Below the pieces are notes generated by a model that had not been told where the DNA came from, made no database searches, and worked only from the letters and a program-made list of their open reading frames with translations. From contig CAZMIF010000062.1 in NCBI GenBank assembly GCA_964566305.1, forward strand, positions 7,484 through 71,483: DNA of 64,000 bases. The letters are read 5' to 3'. The translations under genes and the position numbers were made by a program. This document shows positions 29,647-38,266 of the stretch, piece after piece; position 1 is the first letter of the stretch; the number at the start of each line of letters is the position of its first letter. This stretch comes from an uncultured bacterium. GTDB lineage: Bacteria; Deinococcota; Deinococci; Deinococcales; Marinithermaceae.

Positions 29647-30099
29647 CCGGCGCAGCGCCCCCGGCGTCAGCGCGTAGCGGAGCTGCGGCCGCCGCCCCCA
29701 GCGCAATGCGTAGAGGCCGCTCTTCTTGAACGGGTAGGCCGCCGCCTCCCCGCCCAGCAGCTCCGCCACCGCCGCGCTCAGCTCGGGCTCGTGGGCCACC
29801 ACCGCCACCGCCCGGCCGGGTGACCGCAGCCTTTGCAGCAGCTCCGCGCCCCAACCGCCAGCCAGCGCCGCCTCTTCTATCACCGCCCCGGCCAGCGGCG
29901 CCAGCCGCTCGGCGGTCTGTCGCGAACGCAGTACCGGGCTGGTCCAGACCACCTCGTAGCGCACACCCAGCCTCTCCAGCGCCGCCCGCAGCCGCTCCGC
30001 CTGGGCTATCCCCGCCGCCGTCAGCAACCTCTCCTCGTCGGGCAGGCCCTGCCGGCGCGGCTGAGCGCGGGCGTGGCGGATCAGGTGGACCTCGGTCAT
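29626..30099 (-). CDS. sixA: SixA-type phosphohistidine phosphatase (histidine phosphatase superfamily)
   Basis: HLIRHARA (RHG-type catalytic His), SPVLRSRQT and VAHEPEL motifs. 157 aa. Start shares one base with the pstB stop (TGATG). Confidence 0.7.
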   Translation of the reverse strand: MTEVHLIRHARAQPRRQGLPDEERLLTAAGIAQAERLRAALERLGVRYEVVWTSPVLRSRQTAERLAPLAGAVIEEAALAGGWGAELLQRLRSPGRAVAVVAHEPELSAAVAELLGGEAAAYPFKKSGLYALRWGRRPQLRYALTPGALRRLLGDDD

Positions 30100-30860
30100 C
30101 AGCCGAACCGCCCGGTGATGTAGGCCTCGGTGCGCTCGTCGGCCGGGTTGGTGAAGATCCGCTCGGTGGGGCCGAACTCGATCAGCTCGCCGTCGAGGAA
30201 GAAGGCCGTGTAGTCGGAGACGCGCGCCGCCTGCTGCATGTTGTGGGTGACGATAACCACCGTCACCTGCTCTTTCAAATCGGCCAGCAGGTCTTCGATG
30301 GCCTGGGTCGAGATGGGGTCGAGGGCGCTCGTCGGTTCGTCCATCAGCAGCACCTCGGGCTCGACCGCCAGCGCCCGGGCTATCGAGATTCGCTGCTGCT
30401 GCCCGCCCGAGAGGCCCACCGCCGGCTCGCCGAGGCGGTCCTTGACCTCGTCCCAGAGGGCCGCCTGGCGCAGCGAGCGCTCGGCCACCTCGCGCAACCG
30501 CTGGCGGTCTTTCACCCCCACCAGCCGCAGGCCGGCGACGACGTTCTCGAAGATGCTCATCGTCGGGAAGGGCGTCGGCCGCTGGAAGACCATGCCCACC
30601 CGCCGGCGGATGACCACCGGGTCCACCCCGGGAGCGTAAACGTTCTCGCCGTCGAGGAGCACCTCGCCCTCGATGCGAACTATCGGGTTGAGGTCGTGCA
30701 TGCGGTTGAGCGCCCGCAGGTAGGTCGTCTTGCCGCAGCCCGAAGGCCCTATCAAGGCGGTTATCTTGCGGTCGTAGACCGGCAGGCTGACGCCGCGAAC
30801 GCCGGCCTTCCTGCCGTAGTAGACGGTCAGGTTCCTGCTTTCCATTCGCAACTCTTGCAC
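30099..30860 (-). CDS. pstB: Phosphate ABC transporter ATP-binding protein
   Basis: [24 protein letters not shown] and [12 protein letters not shown] motifs. 253 aa. PstB-type N-terminus. Confidence 0.95.
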   Translation of the reverse strand: MQELRMESRNLTVYYGRKAGVRGVSLPVYDRKITALIGPSGCGKTTYLRALNRMHDLNPIVRIEGEVLLDGENVYAPGVDPVVIRRRVGMVFQRPTPFPTMSIFENVVAGLRLVGVKDRQRLREVAERSLRQAALWDEVKDRLGEPAVGLSGGQQQRISIARALAVEPEVLLMDEPTSALDPISTQAIEDLLADLKEQVTVVIVTHNMQQAARVSDYTAFFLDGELIEFGPTERIFTNPADERTEAYITGRFG

Positions 30861-30868
30861 GCGTCCTC

Positions 30869-31696
30869 CTATCGGCGGCGCATCGCCCGCCGCGCCAGCA
30901 GGTTGGTGGCCATCAAGAGCAGCACCAGCAACAGCGCCGCCCCCCAGGCCTGGCGAATCCAGTCTTCGTACGGGGAGATTGCGTAAACGTATATTTTCAG
31001 CGGCAGGCTGTCCATCGGCCCCAGCGGGTCGAAGGAGAGGAACTGGTTGCCGAAGGCGGTGAAGAGCAGGGGCGCCGCCTCGCCCGCCGCCCGCGCCAGC
31101 GCCAGCAAGAGGCCGGTAACCACCCCGCCCCGGGCCGCCGGCAAAATCAGGCTGAGCGTCACCCGCCAGCGCGGCAGCCCCAGCGCCAGCCCCGCTTCGC
31201 GCAGCTCCCAGGGCAGCAGCTTGAGCACCTCCTCGGTCGAGCGCATGATGATGGGAATCATCAGAATCGCCAGCGCCACCGAGCCCGAGAACGCCGAGAA
31301 GCCGCCCATCGGCACCACCACGACGACGAAGGCGAAGAGGCCCATCAAAATGGCCGGGATGCCGCCGAGAACGTTGGCCACCATTCGCAAAGGCCGGCCC
31401 AGCGGGTGGTCGGGGTACTCGGCCAGCAGCACCCCGCCGCCGAGGCCCAGCAGGCCGCCCATGGCCAGGGCCATCAGGTCGATGATGAAGGTGCCGACGA
31501 TGGCCGGCAGCATCCCGCCGCCGGCCTCCCCGGGCGGGGCGGGGGGCCTGGTGAAGAAGGCCGGGTTGAGCGCGCCCGCGCCCTTGACGAAGACGTAGCC
31601 CAGGATGAAGAGCAGCGGCAGGAGAACCAGCAGCGTGCCCAGGTAGACCAAAGCCACCATCAGCCGGTCGCGCAGGTAACGGCGGCGCAGGTTCAC
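30869..31696 (-). CDS. pstA: Phosphate ABC transporter permease PstA
   Basis: 275-aa polytopic protein with the EAA-like loop [15 protein letters not shown] start at 31696 overlaps the pstC stop (GTGA). The ORF-track 532-aa version runs out-of-frame through pstC. Confidence 0.85.
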   Translation of the reverse strand: MNLRRRYLRDRLMVALVYLGTLLVLLPLLFILGYVFVKGAGALNPAFFTRPPAPPGEAGGGMLPAIVGTFIIDLMALAMGGLLGLGGGVLLAEYPDHPLGRPLRMVANVLGGIPAILMGLFAFVVVVVPMGGFSAFSGSVALAILMIPIIMRSTEEVLKLLPWELREAGLALGLPRWRVTLSLILPAARGGVVTGLLLALARAAGEAAPLLFTAFGNQFLSFDPLGPMDSLPLKIYVYAISPYEDWIRQAWGAALLLVLLLMATNLLARRAMRRR

Positions 31697-32637
31697 TTCT
31701 GCCCCTCCCCGACGGCCATTCGCCTGAGCACCCAGTCGGCGGCGACGTTGACCAGCAGCGAAAGCAGGAAGAGCAAGAAGCCCACCGCCAGCAGGCTGGA
31801 GAGCTGCAAGCCGCCGTCGGCCTCGGCGAACTCGTTGGCGATGACGCTGGCCATGGTGGCCGCCGGGCCGAAGGCGCTGAAGGGTAGCTGGTGACCGTTG
31901 CCGATGAGCATGGTCACCGCCATCGTCTCGCCCAGCGCCCGCGCCAGCGCCAGGATGACGCCGGCGAAGATGCCGCCGCGGGCGTAGGGGAGCACCACCC
32001 GCCTGACCACCTCCCAGCGCGTCGCCCCCAGCGCGTACATCGCCTCGCGCTGCTCCCGCGGCACCAGGCGGATGGCGTCGCGGGCCAGCGATGAGGAGTA
32101 AGGAATTATCATCAGCGCCAGCACCAGCACCGCCGAGAGGAGTCCGATACCGGTGGGCGGGCCGAGCAGACCCATCAGCGCCGGCGCGTGGGCGGCGCTC
32201 CAGAGGAAGAGGGGCTGCTCCAGGTGGTCGCGGACCAGCGGCACCAGCACGAAGATGCCCCAAAGCCCGTAGACCACGCTGGGCAGGGCCGCCAGCAGAT
32301 CGATCAGGTAGGCGACCACCTCGCCCAGCCAGCGGGGCGCGTACTCGGCGATGGCGATGGCCGCCGCCAGCGAGGGCAGAAAGGCCAGCCCCAGGGCGAC
32401 GGCGCTGGTGAGAACGGTCCCCAGCAGGAAGGGCCAGGCGCCGAAGCGGCCGGCCACCACGTCCCACTCGCGCCCGAGCGTGAAACCCCAGAAACCGAAG
32501 GTGCGAAAAGCCTCCGCGCCGCCCGACCAGAGCTCCCAGGCCATCAACGCGGCAATCAGCATGACCGCTCCGCCCAGCGCCACCAGGACGGTGGTGAAGA
32601 CGCGGTCGCCCAGCCTGCCGTAGATTCTGCTCCGCAC
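31693..32637 (-). CDS. pstC: Phosphate ABC transporter permease PstC
   Basis: 314-aa polytopic protein with the loop [14 protein letters not shown]. Confidence 0.9.
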   Translation of the reverse strand: MRSRIYGRLGDRVFTTVLVALGGAVMLIAALMAWELWSGGAEAFRTFGFWGFTLGREWDVVAGRFGAWPFLLGTVLTSAVALGLAFLPSLAAAIAIAEYAPRWLGEVVAYLIDLLAALPSVVYGLWGIFVLVPLVRDHLEQPLFLWSAAHAPALMGLLGPPTGIGLLSAVLVLALMIIPYSSSLARDAIRLVPREQREAMYALGATRWEVVRRVVLPYARGGIFAGVILALARALGETMAVTMLIGNGHQLPFSAFGPAATMASVIANEFAEADGGLQLSSLLAVGFLLFLLSLLVNVAADWVLRRMAVGEGQK

Positions 32638-32682
32638 TCTCGCTCCCTTCCGCCCGCCGCGCGGGCGCTCTCGCGGCCGGGG

Positions 32683-33738
32683 CTAGCGGCCCGTCAGGGC
32701 CTCGCCCCGGTAACGCAACCCGGCCAGGTTAGCCTCGCTGGCCCTGACGGCCACCCCGGGCAGGGCGGCGTAATTAAGGGCCGGATTGTACTTCTGGCCG
32801 TCGTGGATTATCCAGTCGAGCAGCCGCGCCAGCGCCTCGGCCTCGGCCTTCGATCTGACGGCCCTGTTCCTGTCGAGGTCGCGGTAGACCAGAATCCAGG
32901 TGAAGCTGGCGATCGGGTAGCCGTCCGGCGCCGGGGTGTCGGTCAGGGAGACGCGGGTGTCCGCGGGGAAGTCGGGGAGCTCGGCCGCCGCCCTGACCGA
33001 GTCGAGGTCGGCCAGGACGAACTTACCGGAGCGGTTTTGCACGGCCCCGTAGGCGATCTTGTTTTGCAGCGCGTAGGCCAGCTCGGCGTAGCCGATGGCC
33101 CCGGGGACCTGGCGGACCAGGCCGCTCACCCCTTCGTTTCCCTTGCCGCCGAGGCCGACCGGCCAGGAAACGCTCTTGCCGGCCCCGACCCGCTGACGCC
33201 AGTCGGGAGAGACCTTGGCCAGGTATTCGGTCCAGATGTAGGTCGTTCCCGAGCCGTCGGAGCGGTGAACCACGGTGATGGGCAGGGGCGGCAGCTTGAC
33301 ACCGGGGTTGAGCTCGGCGATGGCCGGGTCGTTCCACTTCCTGATCTCGCCGAGGAAGATGCCGGCCAGCACCCCGCCCGAGAAGTTGAGCGGCTCATTG
33401 ACGCCGGTGACGTTGTAAACCGGCACCACCGCGCCGAGAGCGGTGGGGACGTGGACTACCGGCGTGCCGAACTTCGACTCGAACTCGGCCAGCTTTTCGT
33501 CGGTGAGCGGCGCGTCGCTGGCGCCGAAGTGGACAGTCTGGGCGAAGAGCTGGCGGATGCCGCCGCCCGAGCCGATCGACTGGTAGTTGACGCGGACGCC
33601 GGTCAGCTTGTGGTACTCGCTGAAGTACTTTGCATACAGGGGGTAGGGAAAGGTGGCGCCGGCCCCGTTGAGGGTTACTCCCCCCGCGAAGGCCAGGCCC
33701 GCGAGGAACAGAGCGGCAATAAGGCTCTTTTTCATCAA
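32683..33738 (-). CDS. pstS: Phosphate-binding protein PstS
   Basis: Signal peptide, then GAGATFPYPLY, YQSIGSGGG and SDGSGTT motifs. Confidence 0.9.
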   Translation of the reverse strand: MMKKSLIAALFLAGLAFAGGVTLNGAGATFPYPLYAKYFSEYHKLTGVRVNYQSIGSGGGIRQLFAQTVHFGASDAPLTDEKLAEFESKFGTPVVHVPTALGAVVPVYNVTGVNEPLNFSGGVLAGIFLGEIRKWNDPAIAELNPGVKLPPLPITVVHRSDGSGTTYIWTEYLAKVSPDWRQRVGAGKSVSWPVGLGGKGNEGVSGLVRQVPGAIGYAELAYALQNKIAYGAVQNRSGKFVLADLDSVRAAAELPDFPADTRVSLTDTPAPDGYPIASFTWILVYRDLDRNRAVRSKAEAEALARLLDWIIHDGQKYNPALNYAALPGVAVRASEANLAGLRYRGEALTGR

Positions 33739-33783
33739 CGTCTACCTCCAGGAGTATTCTGCCGGCCGATTGTCAGCTTTTCG

Positions 33784-34440
33784 TCAGCCGCCGGGGTGGG
33801 CGTCGAGCTTGCCGGTCAGCCAGAAGAAGACGCGTTCGGCGATGTTCTCGAGGTGGTCGCCCAGCCGCTCGTAGCTGCGGGCGACGCGCATCAGCGTCAA
33901 CGCCTTGGAGATGGTCCGCGGGTCCTCGATCATGTAGGTCAGAAGCTCGCGGACTATCTGCTCGTACAGGTCGTCGACGTCGTCGTCGAGCTTGAGGACC
34001 CGCTCGGCCGCCGCCAGGTCGCGTTCGGCGATGGCCTTGGCCAGCAACTCCAGCATCCGCTCCAGCCGCTCGCTCATCTCGCTGAGGACGAAATACTTTT
34101 TCAGGGGCGGCTCGGCGGCCAGCGCCAGGGCGTCTTCGGCGACGTGCGCCGCGTAGTCGCCGGCCCGCTCCATGTCGGTCAGCGCCTTGAGGATGGTCGC
34201 CAGAAAGCGCAGGTCGCCGGCCACCGGCTGGTGGCGGGCGATGGCCGCCAGCACCTCGTTTTCGATCTCCAGGTCCAGATCGTCCACCCGCTCGTCCAGG
34301 CGGACCGCCTCCTCGGCCCGGCCGACGTCCTGCTCGACCAGGCCGGCGGTGGCCAGCTCCAGCTCCTCGCGCACCAGGCCGACCATCCGCAAGAAGTTTT
34401 CGGTAATCCTGTTAAGGTCTCTTTCCAGCGCTTCCCGCAT
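33784..34440 (-). CDS. phoU: Phosphate signalling complex protein PhoU
   Basis: Two PhoU repeats (E/DxxxD motifs, ERLGDHLENIAE). ATG 34440 is chosen because AGGAGGG lies 9 nt upstream. An alternative GTG lies at 34449. Confidence 0.9.
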   Translation of the reverse strand: MREALERDLNRITENFLRMVGLVREELELATAGLVEQDVGRAEEAVRLDERVDDLDLEIENEVLAAIARHQPVAGDLRFLATILKALTDMERAGDYAAHVAEDALALAAEPPLKKYFVLSEMSERLERMLELLAKAIAERDLAAAERVLKLDDDVDDLYEQIVRELLTYMIEDPRTISKALTLMRVARSYERLGDHLENIAERVFFWLTGKLDAHPGG

Positions 34441-35335
34441 CTCCTTCACCCTCCTCTGGCAAAACCACCCCGAAGGCGTTTCCCTCCTTCAGTCTGACAC
34501 CGTAGGCCTCGCCGCCCCAGGCGCGGGCGATGCGCCGCACCAGGGCCAGCCCCAGGCCGCTGCCGCGAACGCCGGCGGCGTGGAGGCCGCGGCTCCCCGG
34601 CTCGAAAAGCCGCTCGTAGTCGGCCAGCGGCGGGCCGGCGTCTAACACTTCGAGCCCCAGCCGCCCGTCAGCCAGCCGGCGGGTGCGGACCACGACCGGC
34701 GGCCGCCCGTATTTCAGGGCGTTCTCGACCAGGTTGACCAGCACCTGGTAGACGCGGTCGGGGTCGGCGCTGGTGCGGTGTTCAACCTGCCAGGCCACCG
34801 CGCCCGCGCCGGGCAGCAAGCGCTCCAGGCGCGGGCGCAGCTCCGCGGGCGACCAGGCCTCCGCCCGCGCGCGCCCCTGCCCCTCGACGAGGCGCAGCAG
34901 GCGCGCCACCTCCTCGGCCAGTAGCTGGAGGGCGCGCTCGCGCTCGGGGCCGGCTGGCTCGTCGCGCAGCACCTCCAGAAGCCCCGCCAGCCCGGCCACC
35001 GGCGTGCGGAACTCGTGGGCGAGCATCCGCCTCTCGCGTTCCACCGCCTCGCGGTCGCGCTCGGCGTCGGTAACGTCTTCCAGGAAGACCGCGCCGGCGC
35101 GCGCCCGCACCCGCAGGCGCCGCCCGCCGACGGCGAGGGTCTCTTCGCCTCCGCCGCCGGCGAGCTCGAGCAGGCGGTGGTGCCGCAGCACGAAGGCCGC
35201 CGGCTGACCGCCAACCCGCTCGCGCTCGACGTCGAGTAACCGGGCCGCCGCCGGGTTGAGGTAGACCACCCGCCCGCCCTCGAGCAGCACCAGCCCCAGC
35301 TCGCTCGCCTCCCAGGCCTCGCGCCAGCGGTTCAT
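34412..35335 (-). CDS. phoR: Soluble PAS-HisKA-HATPase sensor kinase (PhoR-like, no TM segments)
   Basis: PAS-like N-terminus, H-box LAHEFRTPVAGL, and N/G boxes (NLVENALKYG, GSGLGLALV). ATG 35335 overlaps the phoB stop (ATGA). The 3' end overlaps phoU by 29 nt. Confidence 0.75.
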   Translation of the reverse strand: MNRWREAWEASELGLVLLEGGRVVYLNPAAARLLDVERERVGGQPAAFVLRHHRLLELAGGGGEETLAVGGRRLRVRARAGAVFLEDVTDAERDREAVERERRMLAHEFRTPVAGLAGLLEVLRDEPAGPERERALQLLAEEVARLLRLVEGQGRARAEAWSPAELRPRLERLLPGAGAVAWQVEHRTSADPDRVYQVLVNLVENALKYGRPPVVVRTRRLADGRLGLEVLDAGPPLADYERLFEPGSRGLHAAGVRGSGLGLALVRRIARAWGGEAYGVRLKEGNAFGVVLPEEGEGDAGSAGKRP

Positions 35336-35991
35336 CGGCACTCCCGGAATCGGTAGCCGCGCCCGCGCACCGTCTCTATCCATTCCCGGCCCAGCTTCTC
35401 GCGCAGCTGGGCTACGTGCTGATCGACGGTGCGCGACGTTCCCGCAAAATCCGCCCCCCAGACGCGCTCCAGAAGCTCCTCGCGGGCGTAAACGCGCCCG
35501 GGGTGCGCGGCCAGGAAGGCCAGCAGGTCGAACTCGCGACGGGTCAGGGACACGTCCTCACCATCCAGGCAGACCTCCATCCGCTCCCGGTCGATGCGCA
35601 GGCGGCCGCGCTCGAGCCTGAGCGGGGGCCGGCCGCGGCGCAGAAGGGCGGTGAGCCGGGCCGCGAGTTCGGCGGTCGAGAAGGGCTTGGTCAGGTAATC
35701 GTCGGCCCCGCCGAGGAGCCCCTCGACCCGGTCGGCTTCGCTGGCCCGGGCGGTGAGCATGAGCACCGGCAGGCTCTCATAGGCGGGGGTGCGGCGCAGC
35801 CGCGCCAGGAAACGCAGCCCGTCTTCGTCGGGCAGCATCCAGTCGAGCACCAGCACGTCGGCGTCGGCGAGGTGCTCCCAGCCCTCGGCGGCGCTGGCCG
35901 CTACGGTGACGTCGAAGCCCGCGCGCAGCAGACTGCGCTCGAGGCTGAAGCGCAGGGCGGGCTCGTCTTCGACGACCAGCACCCGGGCCAT
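35332..35991 (-). CDS. phoB: OmpR/PhoB-family response regulator
   Basis: Receiver domain (VLVVEDEP, DVLVLDWMLPD, LTA, KPF) plus a winged-helix domain (LTRREFDLL, VRGRGYRF). Confidence 0.85.
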   Translation of the reverse strand: MARVLVVEDEPALRFSLERSLLRAGFDVTVAASAAEGWEHLADADVLVLDWMLPDEDGLRFLARLRRTPAYESLPVLMLTARASEADRVEGLLGGADDYLTKPFSTAELAARLTALLRRGRPPLRLERGRLRIDRERMEVCLDGEDVSLTRREFDLLAFLAAHPGRVYAREELLERVWGADFAGTSRTVDQHVAQLREKLGREWIETVRGRGYRFRECR

Positions 35992-36023
35992 ACAGACTCA
36001 GTCTACCCGGCCGGCGGCGGGGG

Positions 36024-36743
36024 CTAGCAATCCTGCAGGTCGTGAAGCGCGCCGATGTCGTCGCGCGGCCGCCACTCGCCCAGCCCCAAATCGCGCACCA
36101 GGTCCGCGCCGATTACGTGCTCTTCCATCCTGGCCAGCGCCTCCTGCAAACGGCCGCGCAGTTCGGCGTAGTCGGGGTGGAGCATGAGAACGTGCTGGAA
36201 GCGCCCCGTGTCGGTTATCTCGACGACGCGCACCCCCTCGAGCGAGGTCTGGTCGAGGTGCTCTAGAAAGTCCTTGTAGAGTATGGCGCGCTCCGCCTCG
36301 CCCCGGCGCAGCGCCTCCAGCACCTCGTTGCAGGTCTCGTAAGGGCGCAGGCTCCCGATGGCCAGCCCCCGCTCGCGCAGCAGCGTGCAGCCGTAGCGGG
36401 TGGCGAACTGCCCGGGAACCCCGGCGACCTCCGCCCCCGCGAAGCTCTCGACGTCGCCCTCAACGTCCTCGCGCGCCGCGTAGACCACCTCGTCGCTGCG
36501 CTCCGGCGAGGCCACCGGCAGGTAGCCGAACTCCTGCTCGGCGCGAAGCGCGTCGAGGGGGCTGGCGTAGACCAGCGGGGAGGTGCCCAGGTGGGCGGCG
36601 AAATCCTCGAACTCCGGGGCGAACGTGTACCCGATCTCCACCCCGGCCAGTTGCCCCAGGACCACGAAGAACTCAATCCAGTTGGAGACGTTCTTGACGG
36701 TGTCGTGGGGGCAGACTATGGCAGAAAGCGAGTATGTTTCCAC
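36024..36743 (-). CDS. PhnD/SsuA-like substrate-binding-fold protein without signal peptide (tentative)
   Basis: Coding-like high GC3 throughout and a type-2 periplasmic-binding-fold-like pattern. GTG start at 36743 (VETYSLSAIVCPHD). No hydrophobic leader. Lies 32 nt upstream of phoB. Confidence 0.5.
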   Translation of the reverse strand: METYSLSAIVCPHDTVKNVSNWIEFFVVLGQLAGVEIGYTFAPEFEDFAAHLGTSPLVYASPLDALRAEQEFGYLPVASPERSDEVVYAAREDVEGDVESFAGAEVAGVPGQFATRYGCTLLRERGLAIGSLRPYETCNEVLEALRRGEAERAILYKDFLEHLDQTSLEGVRVVEITDTGRFQHVLMLHPDYAELRGRLQEALARMEEHVIGADLVRDLGLGEWRPRDDIGALHDLQDC

Positions 36744-36916
36744 AAAAAAATGGTACCGGCCCGGGCGACGTCGCCGCCAGGACAACCCTCCCCACCCACC
36801 GGAGCCCGCCCCCGAAAAGCGCGTTTGCAAAGCGGGCGCGGCGGGGGAAGCCTGGAAAACCGGCCGCAGGACATTCCACCGTAACCGCCCCGCACGGCCG
36901 CGGCTAGACTGAGAAC

Positions 36917-38260
36917 ATGAAACTGACCACCTGGGGAGCCTGCGGCACCGTTACCGGTAGCTGCCATTTGCTTGAGCACCGGGGTTTCCGCCTGCTGCTC
37001 GACTGCGGCGCCTACCAGGGGGAGGCCGAAGAGCGAAACCGCGCCGGGTTCGCGTTCGACCCCCGCCAGATCGACGCCGTGGTCCTCAGCCACGCCCACC
37101 TCGACCACGCCGGCCGCATACCGCGCCTCTTTCACGAGGGCTACCAGGGCCGCGTCTACGCCACCGCGCCCACCCTCAAGCTGGTCCGGCCCATTCTCGA
37201 GGACGCCCTGAAGCTGATGAAAGAAGACATCAGGCGGGCCCGCCGCAAGAAACTACCCGTACCCGAGCTGCTCTGGGACGACGCCGACATCCGCCTCTTC
37301 AACGAGCGCGGCAAGCCCGTGCCCTACTACAGCCCCCGCAAGATCGGCCCCTTCCGCCTGACCCTCAAGAACGCCGGTCACCTGCCCGGCAGCGCCTTCG
37401 TCGAGATCCAGGCGGAGGGCCGTACCCTGGTCTTCTCGGGCGACCTGGGCAACCGCCGCAAGGAGACCCTGCCCGACCCCGACTACCCGCGGGTGGCCGA
37501 CCTGACCCTCAGCGAGTCGACCTACGGCGACCGGCCCCACCGCCCCTTCCAGGAGACCCTGGTCGAGTTCGCCGAGGTCCTGGGGCGCACGCTCGACGGC
37601 GGCGGCAAGGTGATAATCCCCTCGTTCGCCCTCGAGCGCGCCCAGGAAATCCTCTTCTACATCCGCCGCTTCGAGGCCGAGGGCCAGATTCCGGTCGCGC
37701 CGGTCTTCGTCGACTCGCCGCTGACCACCCGCGTCAGCGAGATTTACGGCCAGATCCAAGACGCCTTCAGCCCGCTGGTCCAGTCTTTCTACCGCCGCGG
37801 CGTCGACCCCTTCGCGCCAGCGCGCCTCCGCTACACCCGCAGCGTCGAGGAGTCGAAACAGATCAACGAGCTGGGCGGGCCGGCCATCATCATCGCCGGC
37901 AGCGGCATGCTCTCGGGCGGCCGCATCCTCCACCACCTGCGCCACCACCTGCCGCAACCCGAAAACGCCGTCGTCTTCGTCGGCTACCAGCCCCGCGGCG
38001 GCCTGGGTCACCAGCTCATCAGCGGGGTGACGCCGGTGCGCATCATGGGCCACGAGGTGGCCGTCCGCGCCCGGGTCTACTCGCTGGGCGGCTTCTCCGG
38101 ACACGCCGGCCGCGACGAGCTGCTCGACTGGCTGGCCGCCGAGCAGCGGATAGTCCTGGTCCACGGCGAGGACGCCGCCCGCCAGAGCCTGGCCCGCCGC
38201 CTGCGCGCGCGGGGGGCCCGGGTCAGCCTGGCCCGCCTGGGGCAGGGGTACGAGATTTGA
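36917..38260 (+). CDS. MBL-fold beta-CASP hydrolase (RNA-metabolising metallo-beta-lactamase family)
   Basis: SHAHLDHAGRIP (HxHxDH), then beta-CASP motifs and a C-terminal GFSGHAG. Confidence 0.8.
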   Translation: MKLTTWGACGTVTGSCHLLEHRGFRLLLDCGAYQGEAEERNRAGFAFDPRQIDAVVLSHAHLDHAGRIPRLFHEGYQGRVYATAPTLKLVRPILEDALKLMKEDIRRARRKKLPVPELLWDDADIRLFNERGKPVPYYSPRKIGPFRLTLKNAGHLPGSAFVEIQAEGRTLVFSGDLGNRRKETLPDPDYPRVADLTLSESTYGDRPHRPFQETLVEFAEVLGRTLDGGGKVIIPSFALERAQEILFYIRRFEAEGQIPVAPVFVDSPLTTRVSEIYGQIQDAFSPLVQSFYRRGVDPFAPARLRYTRSVEESKQINELGGPAIIIAGSGMLSGGRILHHLRHHLPQPENAVVFVGYQPRGGLGHQLISGVTPVRIMGHEVAVRARVYSLGGFSGHAGRDELLDWLAAEQRIVLVHGEDAARQSLARRLRARGARVSLARLGQGYEI

Positions 38261-38266
38261 AGGCGT

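Noticed and set aside
31697-32467. N-terminal extension of the 532-aa ORF called over pstA.
   Set aside because: It runs off-frame through pstC. pstA starts at the GTG at 31696, which overlaps the pstC stop.
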